In this document: positions 46,001 to 56,911 of the stretch, piece by piece
How positions within the stretch are numbered: position 1 is the stretch's first letter
Layout: each line of letters starts with the position of its first letter
Source: an uncultured Planctomycetota bacterium
GTDB lineage: Bacteria; Planctomycetota; Planctomycetia; Isosphaerales; Isosphaeraceae
DNA: 64,000 bases
Assembly: GCA_963823665.1 (NCBI GenBank)
Contig: CAWGMQ010000007.1
Coordinates: 768,001 to 832,000, forward strand
Direction of reading: 5' to 3'
The notes under the pieces: model-generated
Told to the model about the DNA's origin: nothing
Databases searched by the model: none
What the model saw: the letters and a program-made list of their open reading frames with translations, nothing else
Translations under genes and position numbers: made by a program

Positions 46001-49000
46001 GGCGCAGGTGCCGGCGGCGGCGGCGGAACCGCCGTTGTCGGTGGCGGCGGTGGTGGTGGCGGCGGCGCCGGGTTGGGCGGTGCCATCTACAGCAACGGGT
46101 ACATCGAGGTCGTCGACAGCACATTCACGGCCAATGCGGCCGTCGGTGGGACCGGCGGGGCCGCGGCGGGCAACGGTCAAGCTGGTTCAGCCGGAAGCGG
46201 ACTCGGCGGAGCCATCTTCATCCTGGGCGGGACTGCGAATTTGAACGCCGCCACGATCGCCGGTAATAGCGCCGACTCGGGAGGTGGCCTCTTTGAGCAG
46301 GGCACCTTCTTCGGCGGCTTGTTGCTGATGTACAATACGATCCTCGCCGATTCGACTGGCGGCACCGACGATTTCGATTCGGCCGGCACAGGTCTTGATC
46401 TGAACGGCAGCAACGACCTGATCCAGACCAACCCGACGTCGAATGGCTTCCCGGTCGACTCGACTTTCATTACCGGCCAGGACCCGATGCTGGGACCGCT
46501 GGCCGACAACGGTGGCCCGACCGCGACCATGGCCCTTCTCCCTGGTAGTCCGGCCATCGACGCAGGGGCCAACAACGAAGCGTACAATGGTTTTTCCATA
46601 CCAGTATCAACCGACCAGCGCGGGCAGCCGCGAATCGCCGACGGCGGCTCGGGCCAGGCGATTGTCGACATCGGGGCCTACGAGCTCAACCTCGTGCCCA
46701 CGACGATCACCTTGTCTCCTTCCGACCCGGCCCCGAGCCCCGGCGAGGCAGTGACGTTCACGGCCATCGTCTCGAGCGCTACCGGGGCGACGCCGACCGG
46801 GACGGTCCAGTTCTTCATCGACGGCAAACCCTTCGACGACCCGGTGCCGCTGGTTGGCGCCGCGGCCACGAGCGATCCCGATTCCATGCTCAGTCTGGGG
46901 CCTCACACGGTCACCGCGATGTATGTGAACGACGCTGATTTCGCCTCGGGTACCGGCACGCTGCCAGGCCCCTTCGCGGTACAGGCCGCGACCAGCACCA
47001 CGGTGGCCGCCAGCGAGGCGTCGGTCCAGTACGGCCAGGCCGTGACGTTCACGGCCACCGTCTTCGACCAGACTTTGGACGCCGGCACGCCCGACGGCAT
47101 GGTCGACTTCACCGACGCGATTACCGGGTTCGATTTCGGGACGGCCCGCCTGGTCAATGGTACGGCCGTGCTGACGGCCACACTTCCGATCGCCATCGAG
47201 CCGTACCAGATCGTCGCCAGTTACCTGGGCACCTCGCAGTTCTTGGCCAGCGCGTCGTCGCCGCCGGCCCCATTGGTATCTGTAGTTCCGGCCCAGACCG
47301 CGACCGTGGCCAGCGCCTCGACGGTCAGCTCGGTCTATGGCCAGCCCGTGGTCTTTTCGGCCACCGTGACCTCCGCTCTCGGCAGCCCCGGCGGATCGGT
47401 CGAGTTCGTCGACACGACGACCGGCACCGATCTCGGGTCGGCCCCGCTCGTAGATGGCACGGCGACCCTCCCCCCCATCGCCACGCTCAGCGTGGTCATG
47501 CAGGGCGACATGGCCGTGCCGCAAACGATCGCCACGACGTACCTGGGCGGCGGCAACTTCGCGGTCAGCTTCGCCACAACGAGCGTGACCGTCATGCCGA
47601 GCGCGAACGCAACCACGATTGTCGCCGCGCCCGCCAAGCCGGAGTACGGCCAGCCGATCGTGCTCTCGGCCACAGTCGCGGCCGTGTCGCCGGGGGCTGG
47701 GGTCCCGACCGGCACGATCAACTTCGTGGACACGACGACCGGAACCCTTCTCGGGTCAGCCCTCCTGGTAAACGGCGCGGCCAGCCTCGCCCCGATCTCG
47801 ACGCTCGGCGTCGGGTCGCACGCGATCACCGCCACTTACTCCGGAGATAACAACTTCTCGTCCGGCCCCGGCATGCTGAGTGTCACCGTCGTGCAGGCCG
47901 CGACGACCACCGTGGTCGTTGCCACGCCCGATCCCGCGGTCTACGGGCAAACCGTTTTCGTCCAGGCTACGGTCACCACCGACGCCGCCAGCACGGCCAC
48001 GCCGGCCGGCACGGTGCAGTTTGAGATCGATGGCGTCAACTACGGCAGCCCCGTCTCCCTGGTCGGCGGCAGCGCCGGCATTCCGGTCAGTTCGCTCACA
48101 TTGGGTCGTCACACGGTCGCCGCAAGCTTCGTTGGAAACGGCGGATTCGTCTCCAGTTCGGGCGCGATCGCCGGCGGCTTGCCCGTCCGGGCCAGCACCA
48201 CGACCACGATCACCGCATCGGCGGCCACGATCGCGGCAGGCCGGCCGCTAACCTTCACAGCCCACGTGACGACCAACCCAACGGGCGTCGACACGCCGGG
48301 CGGCACGGTCAGCTTCATCGATACCTCGGTCGGCCTGACCACTCTGGGGGTCGCGACCTTGTTCAATGGTGTTGCCACGTTCATTCCGGCGACCCCGCTC
48401 GGGATCGGCGTGCACACCATCGTTGCGGTCTACAGCGGAGATTCGACCGATCTGGGCAGCACAAGCTCCTCGCTCGGGGCGATCTCACCCATCACCACCG
48501 TCGCCGGTGACGGCGCGTTGGATACACTCGGGGATGGCGGCCCGGCGACCACGGCGGCGATCGCCGGGCCGGGCGGGGTGGCGGTGGACCCCTCGGGCGA
48601 CCTGTTCATCGCCGATACGGGCAACAACCGGGTGCGGATGGTCAGCCCCCAGGGTGTGATCACGATCGTGACGGCCAACGTGAACGGGCCGACGGGTCTG
48701 GCGGTCGACGCCCGAGGCGACCTGTTCATCGCCGACACCGGCGATAACCGGGTCCTGGAGGTGTATATCGACCCCGCCACCGGCGCGATCTCCCCGGCGA
48801 GCGTGATCGGTGTCGTGGCCGGCACCGGGACGCCCGGCTATTCCGGGGATGGCGGCCCGGCCACCGCCGCCGCGCTCAACCGGCCAACGGGAGTGGCTGT
48901 CGATGCAGAGGGCGATCTGTTCATCGCTGATAATGGCAACAACGCGATTCGAGAGGTCAGCCCTTCGGGCGTCATCACCACAGTCCAGGCCGGCATCGCT

Positions 49001-52000
49001 TCCCCGTCCGGCATCGCGGTCGACGCCCTGGGTAATCTTTATCTGACCCAGTCTGGCGGCGGTGTGGTCACCGAGGTGACCGCCGCAGGTACGCGCTCGA
49101 CGTTCGCATCCGGATTCAGCTCAACGGGGGGCGTTGCGGTCGACGCCCTGGGAAACGTCTACGTCGCCGATTCCGGCAGCAACCGGGTCTTCGAGGTCAG
49201 CCCCCGGGCGCGATCACGACCGCGGCCGGGACCGGGACCGGGACGGCGAGCTTCGCGGGGGACGGCGGCCCGGCCACCGCCGCGGCGCTCGACGGGCCGT
49301 CGGCCGTCGCCGTCGACTCGTTCGGCAAGCTGTTCATCGCCGACGCCGGCAACAACCGGGTCCGCGTGGTGGGAACAGACATAAACCACACGATCCAAAG
49401 CGTGGCCGGCAGCGGCAGCGCCAGTTACGCCGGCGACGGCGGCCAGGCGACTGACGCCAGCCTGGATCAGCCATACGGTTCCGCAGTCGACGCCCGGGGC
49501 GACCTGTTTATCGTCGACGCCGGCGACAATGTGATCCGCGAGGTCAGCCCAAGTGGCGTGATCACCACGGTCGCCGGCGACGGCGTCGCGGGCTTCTCCG
49601 GCGACGGCGGCCCGGCCACTCGCGCCGAGTTGTCCGATCCCACGGCGGTCGCCGTCGACTCAGCCGGCGACCTGTACATCGCCGACTTCGGCAACAACCG
49701 CGTGCGCATGGTCAGCCCTTCGGGTGTGATCACCACCATCGCCGGCAACGGCACGTTTGGCGACAGCGGTGACAATGGCCCGGCCACGGCCGCAGCGATC
49801 TCCGGCCCGGCCGGCATCGCGGTGGACGCCGCCGGGGACGTCTTCCTCACCGACCCGTTCCATGGCCTGGTCCGCAAGGTCAGCCCCTCGGGCGTGATCA
49901 CCACCGTCGCCGGCGGCGGAGAACCTGGCGTCCTGGGCGACGGCGGCCCGGCAACTGACGCGACCCTCACAGACCCCGAAGGCATCGCGGTGGACGCCTT
50001 CGGCGATCTGTTCATCGCGGATTTCGGCGCCAGCCGGATTCGCGAGGTCAACAACGTTGGGATCATCACCACCGTGGCCGGAAGCGGCATCGCCGGTTAT
50101 GCCGGCGACGGCGGCCCGGCAGCGGCCGGATCCGCCCAGCTCAACTTGCCGTCTGGCGTCGCGGTCGACGCGGCGGGCAACTTGTTCATCGCCGACACCT
50201 TTAATCGCGTCATCCGCGGCGTCGCCCCGGACGGCGCAATCTCAACGGTCGCCGGCAACGGCGCCCCCATTTACTTCGGCGACGGCGGCCCGGCGCTCGA
50301 CGCCTCGTTCGACAGCCCGGCGAGCGTCGCGACCGACTCCGCCGGCGACCTGTTCATCGCCGACCCGGCCGAAGGTCGCATCCGAAGGGTCGCCAACGGC
50401 ATCACTGTGACGATCGCGGGCATGGCGCCTTCGAGCGTGTACGTCGCCCCCGCCTACGCCAGCGACGCGCCTTTGACGCCGGTCGTCTGGAGCGACGGCA
50501 GCACGCATTACGTGGGCGTCGACGCTTTTGGAACGATCCAGGATGCGATCAACGCCGTCGCCTCAAGCGGTACGGTGAATGTCGCCAGCGGCACCTATAC
50601 CGAGCAGCTCAAAATCAACGAGAGCTTGAGCATTCTGGGCGCGGGCGCGTCCTCCACCACGATCCAGACGCCCGCCAGCGCAAGTGGCAACGAGATCGAG
50701 ATCAAAAGCGGCGTCACCGTCACGATGTCCGGCTTGAGCATGGACGGCGCCGGCAGCTCGACCGCGATCGACTCAAACGGTGCCGATCTCGTGGCCATCG
50801 GCATCGCCATCACCGGGTACAACGTCGGCGTTTCCGTCGAGAACGGCGGTGCCGCCACCATCACTGCCAGCACAATCAGCAACGCGAACACCGCCATCCT
50901 GGCCGGCTCGGGATCAAACGATACCGCGACCCTCGCGGCCAACAACGACAGCTTCGCGGGCGACCCGGTCGGCATCCAGAACAACCAGACAACGGGGCTG
51001 CTCACCGCCATGTCGGACTGGTGGGGCACCAGCACGGGCCCAACTAATGCCAGCAACCCCGAGGGCACCGGCGCGAAAGTAGTCGGCAGCGTCAACTTCA
51101 GCCCCTGGCTGGGCGACGCCAAGATCGTCGCACCCGATTACCTGGTTTTCCTCGCAACGGCTGGAAATGCCTTCGTCGTGACGCCAAGCGCCAGCGACAC
51201 GCTCCTGGGTGTCAGCCTGAGCGGCAGGCCTGTCGGCACGATCACGGGCGGCGGCACGATTTCGTTCGACGGCACAGCCGCAACCGTCACCATCAACGGC
51301 GAGTCCGAGCCCGGCAGCACAAACGTATTCACCATCCAGAATACGTCGGTCCAGTATAGCGCCGCTTATGCCCTGACGGGCACGACGATCAACTTCCTCG
51401 GAACCGGCATGAGTCGATACGTCGATGCCGGTGGAACCACCAACACGTTCAACATCCGGGGTTCCGGCGCCAGCGGACCATCCGGAAGTCTGATCGGCGA
51501 CTCGGGCGCAAATGCGTTCGTCTTCAGCGGCTCCTCGAAGCTCAACGGCGGCATTCAAGGCGCTGGCGCAAGCACGCTGAATTTCGCGTCCTACTCGAGC
51601 GCGGTGAAGGTGAACCTCGGGAATGGCACGAACGGAACGGCCACAGGCGTCAGCGGCAAAGTCGCGGGCATCAACGCCCTCGTCGGTAGCAACTTCAACG
51701 ACACATTGAATGCGGGCGCCGTGCCCAGTGTCGCGCTCACCGGAGGATTGGGCACCAACACTTTGAGCGGCACAGGCACCGGCGACAGCGTCGTCGAATC
51801 GCTCGCGTCGACCTACACGCTGACCAACACCAAGTTGACCGGGACCGGCGCCGGGTTCACCGACAATCTAACCGGCATCACGATCGCACATCTGACCGGC
51901 GCCAGCACCACCAGCAATGCCTTCACTGTCAGCGGCTGGACCGGGAGCGGGACATTGTCGGCTCCGGCGGGCACCGGTACGGTCACCGCGAGCAAGATCG

Positions 52001-53010
52001 CCGGCTACACTCTCTTGAGCACGTCCCTGTCCTCCACCGATAAAATGACGCTCGGCTTGAGCGGAATCACGACCGCCAACCTCACCGACACCGGCAAAAC
52101 CCACACATTCACCATCACCGGCTGGACCGGGAGCGGAACGCTAAAGGGTGCCACAGAAAACCTGGTTGATAGCGTAGCGACCAGCGTCGTGCTCGCCAGC
52201 ACGTCCCTGGCAGTGACAGGTCTGCCGAAGTTGACCCTTAGCGGGTTCACGACGGCCAACCTGGCTGACACCGCGGGTGGAAACACCTTCACCGTCAGCG
52301 GCTGGACCGGCAGAGGTTCGCTCACGGACAGTGCAGCCACCGCCGACACCGTGACAGCCAGCAAGCGCGCCGGGTACACCCTGACCAACTCTCTCCTGTC
52401 CTCCACCGATGGCATGACGCTCAGCTTGAGCGGGATCACGACCGGCAACCTCACGGTCACGGCCACAACGGGCAGCCCCTCATACATCGTCGACGCCAGT
52501 GCGTTCACGGGCGTCACCAACCTGACCGCGGGCGGGACCGTGAACGCAGTTCTATTTGGAGGTTCTGCCAATGGCGGCACTCTGAGCGCAACCGGTTCGG
52601 GCAATGACGTGCTGATCGGTGGGGCGGGTAAGTCCACGCTCACCGACAAGGGGACAGGTTACAATATCCTGATCGGTGGGCCAGGTGCCGACACCCTCAC
52701 GGGCAACGGCAACGACATCCTGATCGGCGGGACCACCAGCTATGACAGCAATACAGTCGCGAACATCGCGGCGCTCGACGCCATCCTGGCCGAATGGTCT
52801 TCGAGCGATTCCTATTCGCTGCGAATCAGCAAGATCATGAACGGAGTTGCCCCCGGCGGCACGGACGCCCTCAATTCGTCGACGTGCCAGTCAGACGGCG
52901 TTGCCAACACGGTGAGCGATGGGGCTGCATCGATGCAGAACAACTGGTTCATCGTGACTTTGAAGGACAAGTTGACAAAGAAGACCAACGAAACAGTCAC
53001 CATCGTCTGA
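25032..53010 (+). CDS. Giant (~9,300 aa) multidomain surface/adhesin-like protein; apparent frameshifts near 27065, 34287, 34375, 41910, 49205
   Basis: N-terminal RRLLFEPLEDRTLLA; BNR/VPS10-like propeller; flagellar-hook-like repeats; 11 Ig-like repeats; 5 Gly-rich beta-helix modules; 12 NHL repeats; beta-helix; C-terminal GNDVLIGGAG RTX-like repeats. At 41910 and 49205 the shifted frame restores the internal repeat consensus. Confidence 0.85.
31247..33600 (+). repeat. Six flagellar-hook/FliD-like repeat domains within the giant gene
   Basis: Consensus T(L/P)LSxLxGGxGV..DLxxxxxDG..T(V/L)GDVIxxIN..LVLTD..F.V..AAxxLG(I/L). Confidence 0.75.
38000..39485 (+). repeat. Five tandem bacterial Ig-like (group 3 type) domains
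   Basis: TTT..YGQxVTFTATV..PTGxVxF.D..LG..H.ITAxYxGD pattern. Confidence 0.85.
39490..46690 (+). repeat. Five ~480-aa beta-helix/choice-of-anchor-Q-like modules with polyglycine inserts
   Basis: Each begins xLR(E/A/D)A, contains GGGGGAGLGGA blocks, and ends LGxLxxNGGxTxTxxLLxGSP..DQRG..DIGA(F/Y)(E/Q); period about 1.44 kb. Confidence 0.85.
46691..48480 (+). repeat. Six tandem bacterial Ig-like domains
   Basis: Same consensus as 38000-39485. Confidence 0.85.
48490..50400 (+). repeat. Twelve NHL repeats (two predicted 6-bladed propellers)
   Basis: ITTVAG.G..GDGGPAT.A.L..P.GVAVD..GDLFIAD..NNR(V/I)R, counted 12 times. Confidence 0.9.
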
Positions 53011-53458
53011 TCGCGGGCTCGGAGAACGACGGCCGCACGCGCTCGGCCGCCCACGCAAGCAGACCCCGTCGATATTCATCTTCGAAGAGCGCCGACTCTT
53101 CACAGCCAGGGTCCGGTTGCTCCTCGATCAGCTTCTGGATATCGGTTTCGCCAGTGCCTCGCGGATGCCTGCGCTGGGCGACCAGGAGGTTCACGATCAG
53201 GTTGCTCGCGATGCGGGAGAGCCACCCGCGAAACGACCCCCGGCTCCGGTCCGTGTCGAATCGGTCAATCGCCCGAGCGACGGAGCGAAAGACGTCTTGA
53301 ACGAGGTCCTGAGCGTCGGCTTCCTGCAGCCCTCGCCGTTTCGCAAGTCGATACGCCAGAGGACCATAGATCTCGGTGAACTCGCACCACGCTTGCTCGT
53401 CATTGCGGTCGCGCAGGCGAACGAGCAAGCTCGGATGCGTCGCGGGTGCGTCGGTCAT
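52997..53458 (-). pseudogene. 3'-truncated duplicate of the ECF sigma factor (region 2 kept, region 4 lost)
   Basis: MTDAPATHPSLLVRLRD...RVRPSFSEPA then IRRW*; 4 aa differences from 23348..23968 over ~148 aa; own GGAGG RBS. Confidence 0.9.
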
Positions 53459-53525
53459 TCGATGATCTCCTCCTCCTGCATTCACAGTCGGAGGGCGAAG
53501 ATTTGAACGGGAAATCCGAGAATTC
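53012..53525. repeat. Direct repeat, right copy
   Basis: About 95% identical to 23522-24035 in the coding part; begins 1-2 bp after the giant gene's TGA. Confidence 0.95.
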
Positions 53526-53874
53526 GCCCCGGCGAGTGCCTGCGTTGCCCAATGGCGACCAACGTACCGCCGCCGATGCCGCGACAGTTTGGACGCGAGG
53601 TACTGCCAAACCGCCATCGTCGAATACACCGGCCGCCTCTTCCGTGACGGCAATGCAGTCACCTCGGCCGAGCGCACGGCCCAAAAAGGCGCCCATTTGC
53701 CGCATTGACGCTTTTTGAAGTTTCGGCAAAGATCCCCGCCTCTCTTGCTCGCTCGGAAATTGATCCGGTGCGGCATCGACGAGAGAGTGGGGACAAGGAT
53801 CGTCTCCACCGCGGCTGCGACCGTCGCCTGCTCCCCCGACCGGAGCTGGCATCGACAAGACAGGGGGGACAACG

Positions 53875-54927
53875 ATGTCCAATGATTCGTGCCACAGGTC
53901 ACGCCATCGCAGGCTCATCCAGGTCGAGCTGCTCGAGAGCCGCGCGCTTCTGAGCGCGAACTCGGCGTCCTCTACGGAAAGGTATCTGCTCATCACCCCA
54001 TCGAGCCAGTATGTGAACCAGCAGCAGGGTTCGTTCACGGTTACCCTGACTCTGACGCAAGCGCAGCTCGTAGGGCACGTGGTGGCCGCAGGGGGGCACA
54101 CGCCTGCTGCGCTCGATGAGCCGGTGACCGTCGACTTCAGTGCGTCGCTCGAAGGGACCAGCGCCGGGCCCACGCCGGCCGCGAGTCCATTTTTCGCGCC
54201 CTTTAACGAGCCGGTCACATTCCCGGCGGGCGTATCGACCGAAACGGTCACCGTCCCGATCATATCGACCGCGGCCACGACTGGCTCGGAGACGATCTCG
54301 CTCTCGGCGACGACGACCTCCTCGTCTGTAACAACCATCGTGCCGGCGAATTCTAGAGGCGGCTTGCCGACGGCACTCCTGACTTGGGTAGATCTCTACA
54401 GCACCCCGGACGCTGTCCCACCGACGATCACAGGCGTTCAATTGGTGACACATGGCCAGCGTGCGTCAGCCGTCGTGCTCGACTTCAGCAAACCGATGGA
54501 CCCGGCGACTGTCGAGAATATCCACAATTATCGGATTCTGTCGCCGCCCACTACGATCCAACATGGCGGCGGTTTTGAATTCTCGTTTCAGGACGGGCCG
54601 GGTTCGTACCAGTCGACAACCACAGAATACCGATCCTTTCCCATTGCGGCGGCGACGTACGATCCCTCGACAAACGCGGTCACCTTGACGCTGAAGCGTC
54701 CCGTCACGGCGTCGAAGCTGTACCAAGTCTCCAGCGCGTACCCACTCAGAGGACATATCCTTCTCGATCTGCAAGGGCAGCCGCTTCTTCAAGGGTCGTC
54801 CACCGCCACGACGAAGTTTACCGGGGGATTTTCCGTCGGAGTCCGCGGAGTGATCGCCCCGACCCCGTGGGCTCCCGGCGCGCTCAAGTCCACCACGGGA
54901 GGTGTTCAAAACTGGTTTTCCGGTTAA
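53875..54927 (+). CDS. Planctomycete extracellular protein with Calx-beta-like and Ig-like domains
   Basis: RRLIQVELLESRALLS motif; VTFPAGVSTETVTVPI; PPTITGV..VLDFSKPMDPATVENIHNY. Confidence 0.75.
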   Translation: MSNDSCHRSRHRRLIQVELLESRALLSANSASSTERYLLITPSSQYVNQQQGSFTVTLTLTQAQLVGHVVAAGGHTPAALDEPVTVDFSASLEGTSAGPTPAASPFFAPFNEPVTFPAGVSTETVTVPIISTAATTGSETISLSATTTSSSVTTIVPANSRGGLPTALLTWVDLYSTPDAVPPTITGVQLVTHGQRASAVVLDFSKPMDPATVENIHNYRILSPPTTIQHGGGFEFSFQDGPGSYQSTTTEYRSFPIAAATYDPSTNAVTLTLKRPVTASKLYQVSSAYPLRGHILLDLQGQPLLQGSSTATTKFTGGFSVGVRGVIAPTPWAPGALKSTTGGVQNWFSG

Positions 54928-55085
54928 CCGCCAAGTTGCGCAGTCCGCGGCAGCCGCTCCGCGCCAACCAGATCCGCCAACGCCGACCCCGAATCACGAC
55001 GGATGTCGCATGCTTCGTCGAGCCTTCTTCCGCGAGGTTGCGTTCGATTGCCCCCTTTCAACCAAACGGAATCTCGGCCTTCGCG

Positions 55086-55200
55086 GAAAGAGGGGACATA
55101 GCGATTATTGCTTGATGCGAGCAGTCAACTGCATGATTTATCGCAGGTGAGGACCGCAGCCACGTGCGGCTCATGCGAAAAAGGGGACATACCGAATATT
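55086..55200 (+). repeat. Two REP-like AGGGGACATA motifs left of the RAYT gene
   Basis: GAAAGAGGGGACATAGCGATTATT (55086) and GAAAAAGGGGACATACCGAATATT (55177); these are reverse complements of the motifs right of the transposase. Confidence 0.75.
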
Positions 55201-55234
55201 GCGAGTCCTTCCGAGCGGATGATAGGATTTATGA

Positions 55235-55900
55235 ATGAATCGAACCGCACGAGCATCTGTGGCTGATACGTGGTACCACGTTCTGAATCGTGGAAATCGC
55301 CGAGAAGCCGTGTTCCACAAGGCGGCTGATTACGATGCGTTAGTACAGACCGTGGTTGACGGTCAATCGCGCTTCGCAGTGGACATTCTGGGCTATTGTC
55401 TGATGCCAAATCACTTTCATCTGATACTTCGAACTCACGCTGATGGTGACCTTGGGCGCTGGATGCAGTGGCTGCTCACTGCGCATGCTCGCCGATATCA
55501 TAGCCATTAATATACGTCCGGCCATGTACGGGAGGGGCGATTCAAGGCGTCCCCAATCCAAGACGATGAACACTTGGTGTCTGTGCTGCGGTACGTCGAG
55601 CGCAATGCACTTCGGGCAGAGTTAGTTCAGCGCGCGGAGGATTGGAAGTGGTCGAGCGCGGGCGGCTGGTTGCGTGATGAGACGCTTCTATGGGGCGGCT
55701 TACCGCCAATCCGGGATGAAGAGTGGCTCGATCGAGTGAACGAGTCGCTGTCTGCAAGTGATCTAAAGCGGCTTCGGCTCTCTGTCGAGCGCGGGCGTCC
55801 ATACGGCGATGACACGTGGACCGCCGCGACCGTCGCGCGCCTGGGGCTCGAATCCACGCCCCGTTCGAGAGGCCGACCGCCAAAAAGGGGATGCTGGTGA
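55235..55900 (+). pseudogene. REP-associated tyrosine transposase (RAYT, Y1 HUH) with in-frame TAA at 55508-55510
   Basis: YHVLNRGNRR, YCLMPNHFHL (HUH), then after the stop and in the same frame SGHVREGRFK, LRYVERNALRA..AEDWKWSS, PRSRGRP. Confidence 0.88.
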
Positions 55901-55917
55901 CAGTGGCCGTCTCTCCT

Positions 55918-56241
55918 AAAGAGGATCATTCGCGAACTGCGTTTCTCGGATCCCAGATTTCAACGTTATCGCCGTATACCCGATTCAAAGTTCGAGAACG
56001 GCGAGTAATCTGCTATGTCCCCTTTTTCAAAGACGATCATTCGCGAACGGTATTTCTCTGATCCTAGGTATAAACGTCATCGCCGTAACACTCCATTGCT
56101 CAGAGTTCGAGAACGGCGAGTAATGTGCTATGACCCTTTTATGCGGGCTGCCTTTCACCGACCCAGCGGTTAGAGGCCATAGACTCAAAGGCGACTGATT
56201 ATCATTCGAGAGCGACGAATAATTCGCTATGTCCCATTTTC
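55918..56241 (+). repeat. Degenerate tandem repeat (~111-115 bp, two full units plus a partial), each ending in a GCTATGTCCCCTTTT-like motif
   Basis: 55918-56028 and 56029-56143 align over their length; third motif at 56226-56241. Confidence 0.8.
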
Positions 56242-56367
56242 TGGCCTTTCTCGGATCACCCTGAATCCAGAAGTCGGCAACGGCAGGACAGCTGCCGGAC
56301 CGTCGGCGTTCCAGCGTCCGTCGGGCTGCACTTGGACCGCTCCCCAACTAGCTGTGAGTGGGTGCCT

Positions 56368-56539
56368 ATGCGTCAGGTAAAGCTCGAGAAAGGCAGTAGT
56401 GACTCGACACACAGAAATCTTTTAACGCGACCCTGCGGGTTAACGAGCCCCGCCCGGCCAAAGCTTGGCCGGCAGCCGGAAGCGAGGCTTCTGTAAGGAG
56501 GGGTGATAGCCGGGGAACCACTCCAGGTGACTTCTCGAC
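56368..56539 (+). mobile_element. Probable internally deleted group II intron remnant (5' domain I joined to the domain V/VI end)
   Basis: Starts ATGCGTCAGGTAAAGCTCGAGAAAGG (GTGCG-like), contains ACCCTGCGGGT..CCCGCCCGG..CAGCCGGAAGCGAG, then jumps to TTCTGTAAGGAGG...CTTCTCGAC, like intron 3' ends. No RT ORF. Recognised by resemblance only. Confidence 0.55.
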
Positions 56540-56911
56540 AGCAAGCTAAGAGGATGGGTGTCGGGCTCCTCCACGAACTGACCTCGATGGAAACTGCGCT
56601 CAACTGCTTGGTCCGAACACGTACTGATGTCGGTACATATTGCTTCGGGCGGCCGCGCACGTCGGTCATGTCGACCACCGAGGCCAAGGGCGCGGGTCCG
56701 AAGTCGGGAAAGTGCAATGAGCACGGTCAGTCCATTGATCGGCTGAGAACGCTCGTGTATTCTGGCCCTTCTACCGGTCGACCACGATTGCCAGCGACCG
56801 GGGGCTCCTCTGAATCGTCATTTCGCGGCCGGGTCGCTCCGCGTGGACTTCGCTGCCAAGACGCGCGTGACCGAGGTTTGACGCGGCAGCTCGGGCCGCT
56901 GGGAGCGAGGC

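Noticed and set aside
39900..46300. Mycobacterial PE-PGRS gene
   Set aside because: There is no PE domain; the Gly-rich blocks are inserts within beta-helix modules of a Planctomycete-type protein.
27060..49210. Programmed frameshifting or phase variation in the giant gene
   Set aside because: Similar indels hit many unrelated genes in the window and there is no shared slippery motif; sequencing error is simpler.
25037..52649. Many long minus-strand and alternate-frame ORFs (e.g. 43484..45043, 37962..39110)
   Set aside because: They are shadows of GC-rich, repetitive coding sequence with no recognisable motifs.
53459..53902. Long N-terminal extension of the second ECF ORF (301 aa call)
   Set aside because: The RBS and homology with the first copy place the start at 53458; the extension is intergenic read-through.
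55918..56241. Possible CRISPR array
   Set aside because: Whole ~113-bp units are similar to each other (no unique spacers), there are only 2-3 degenerate copies, and no cas genes are present.
56368..56900. Retron, DGR or active retroelement
   Set aside because: No reverse transcriptase ORF is present in the window, and the ECF repeat differences are not adenine-specific.
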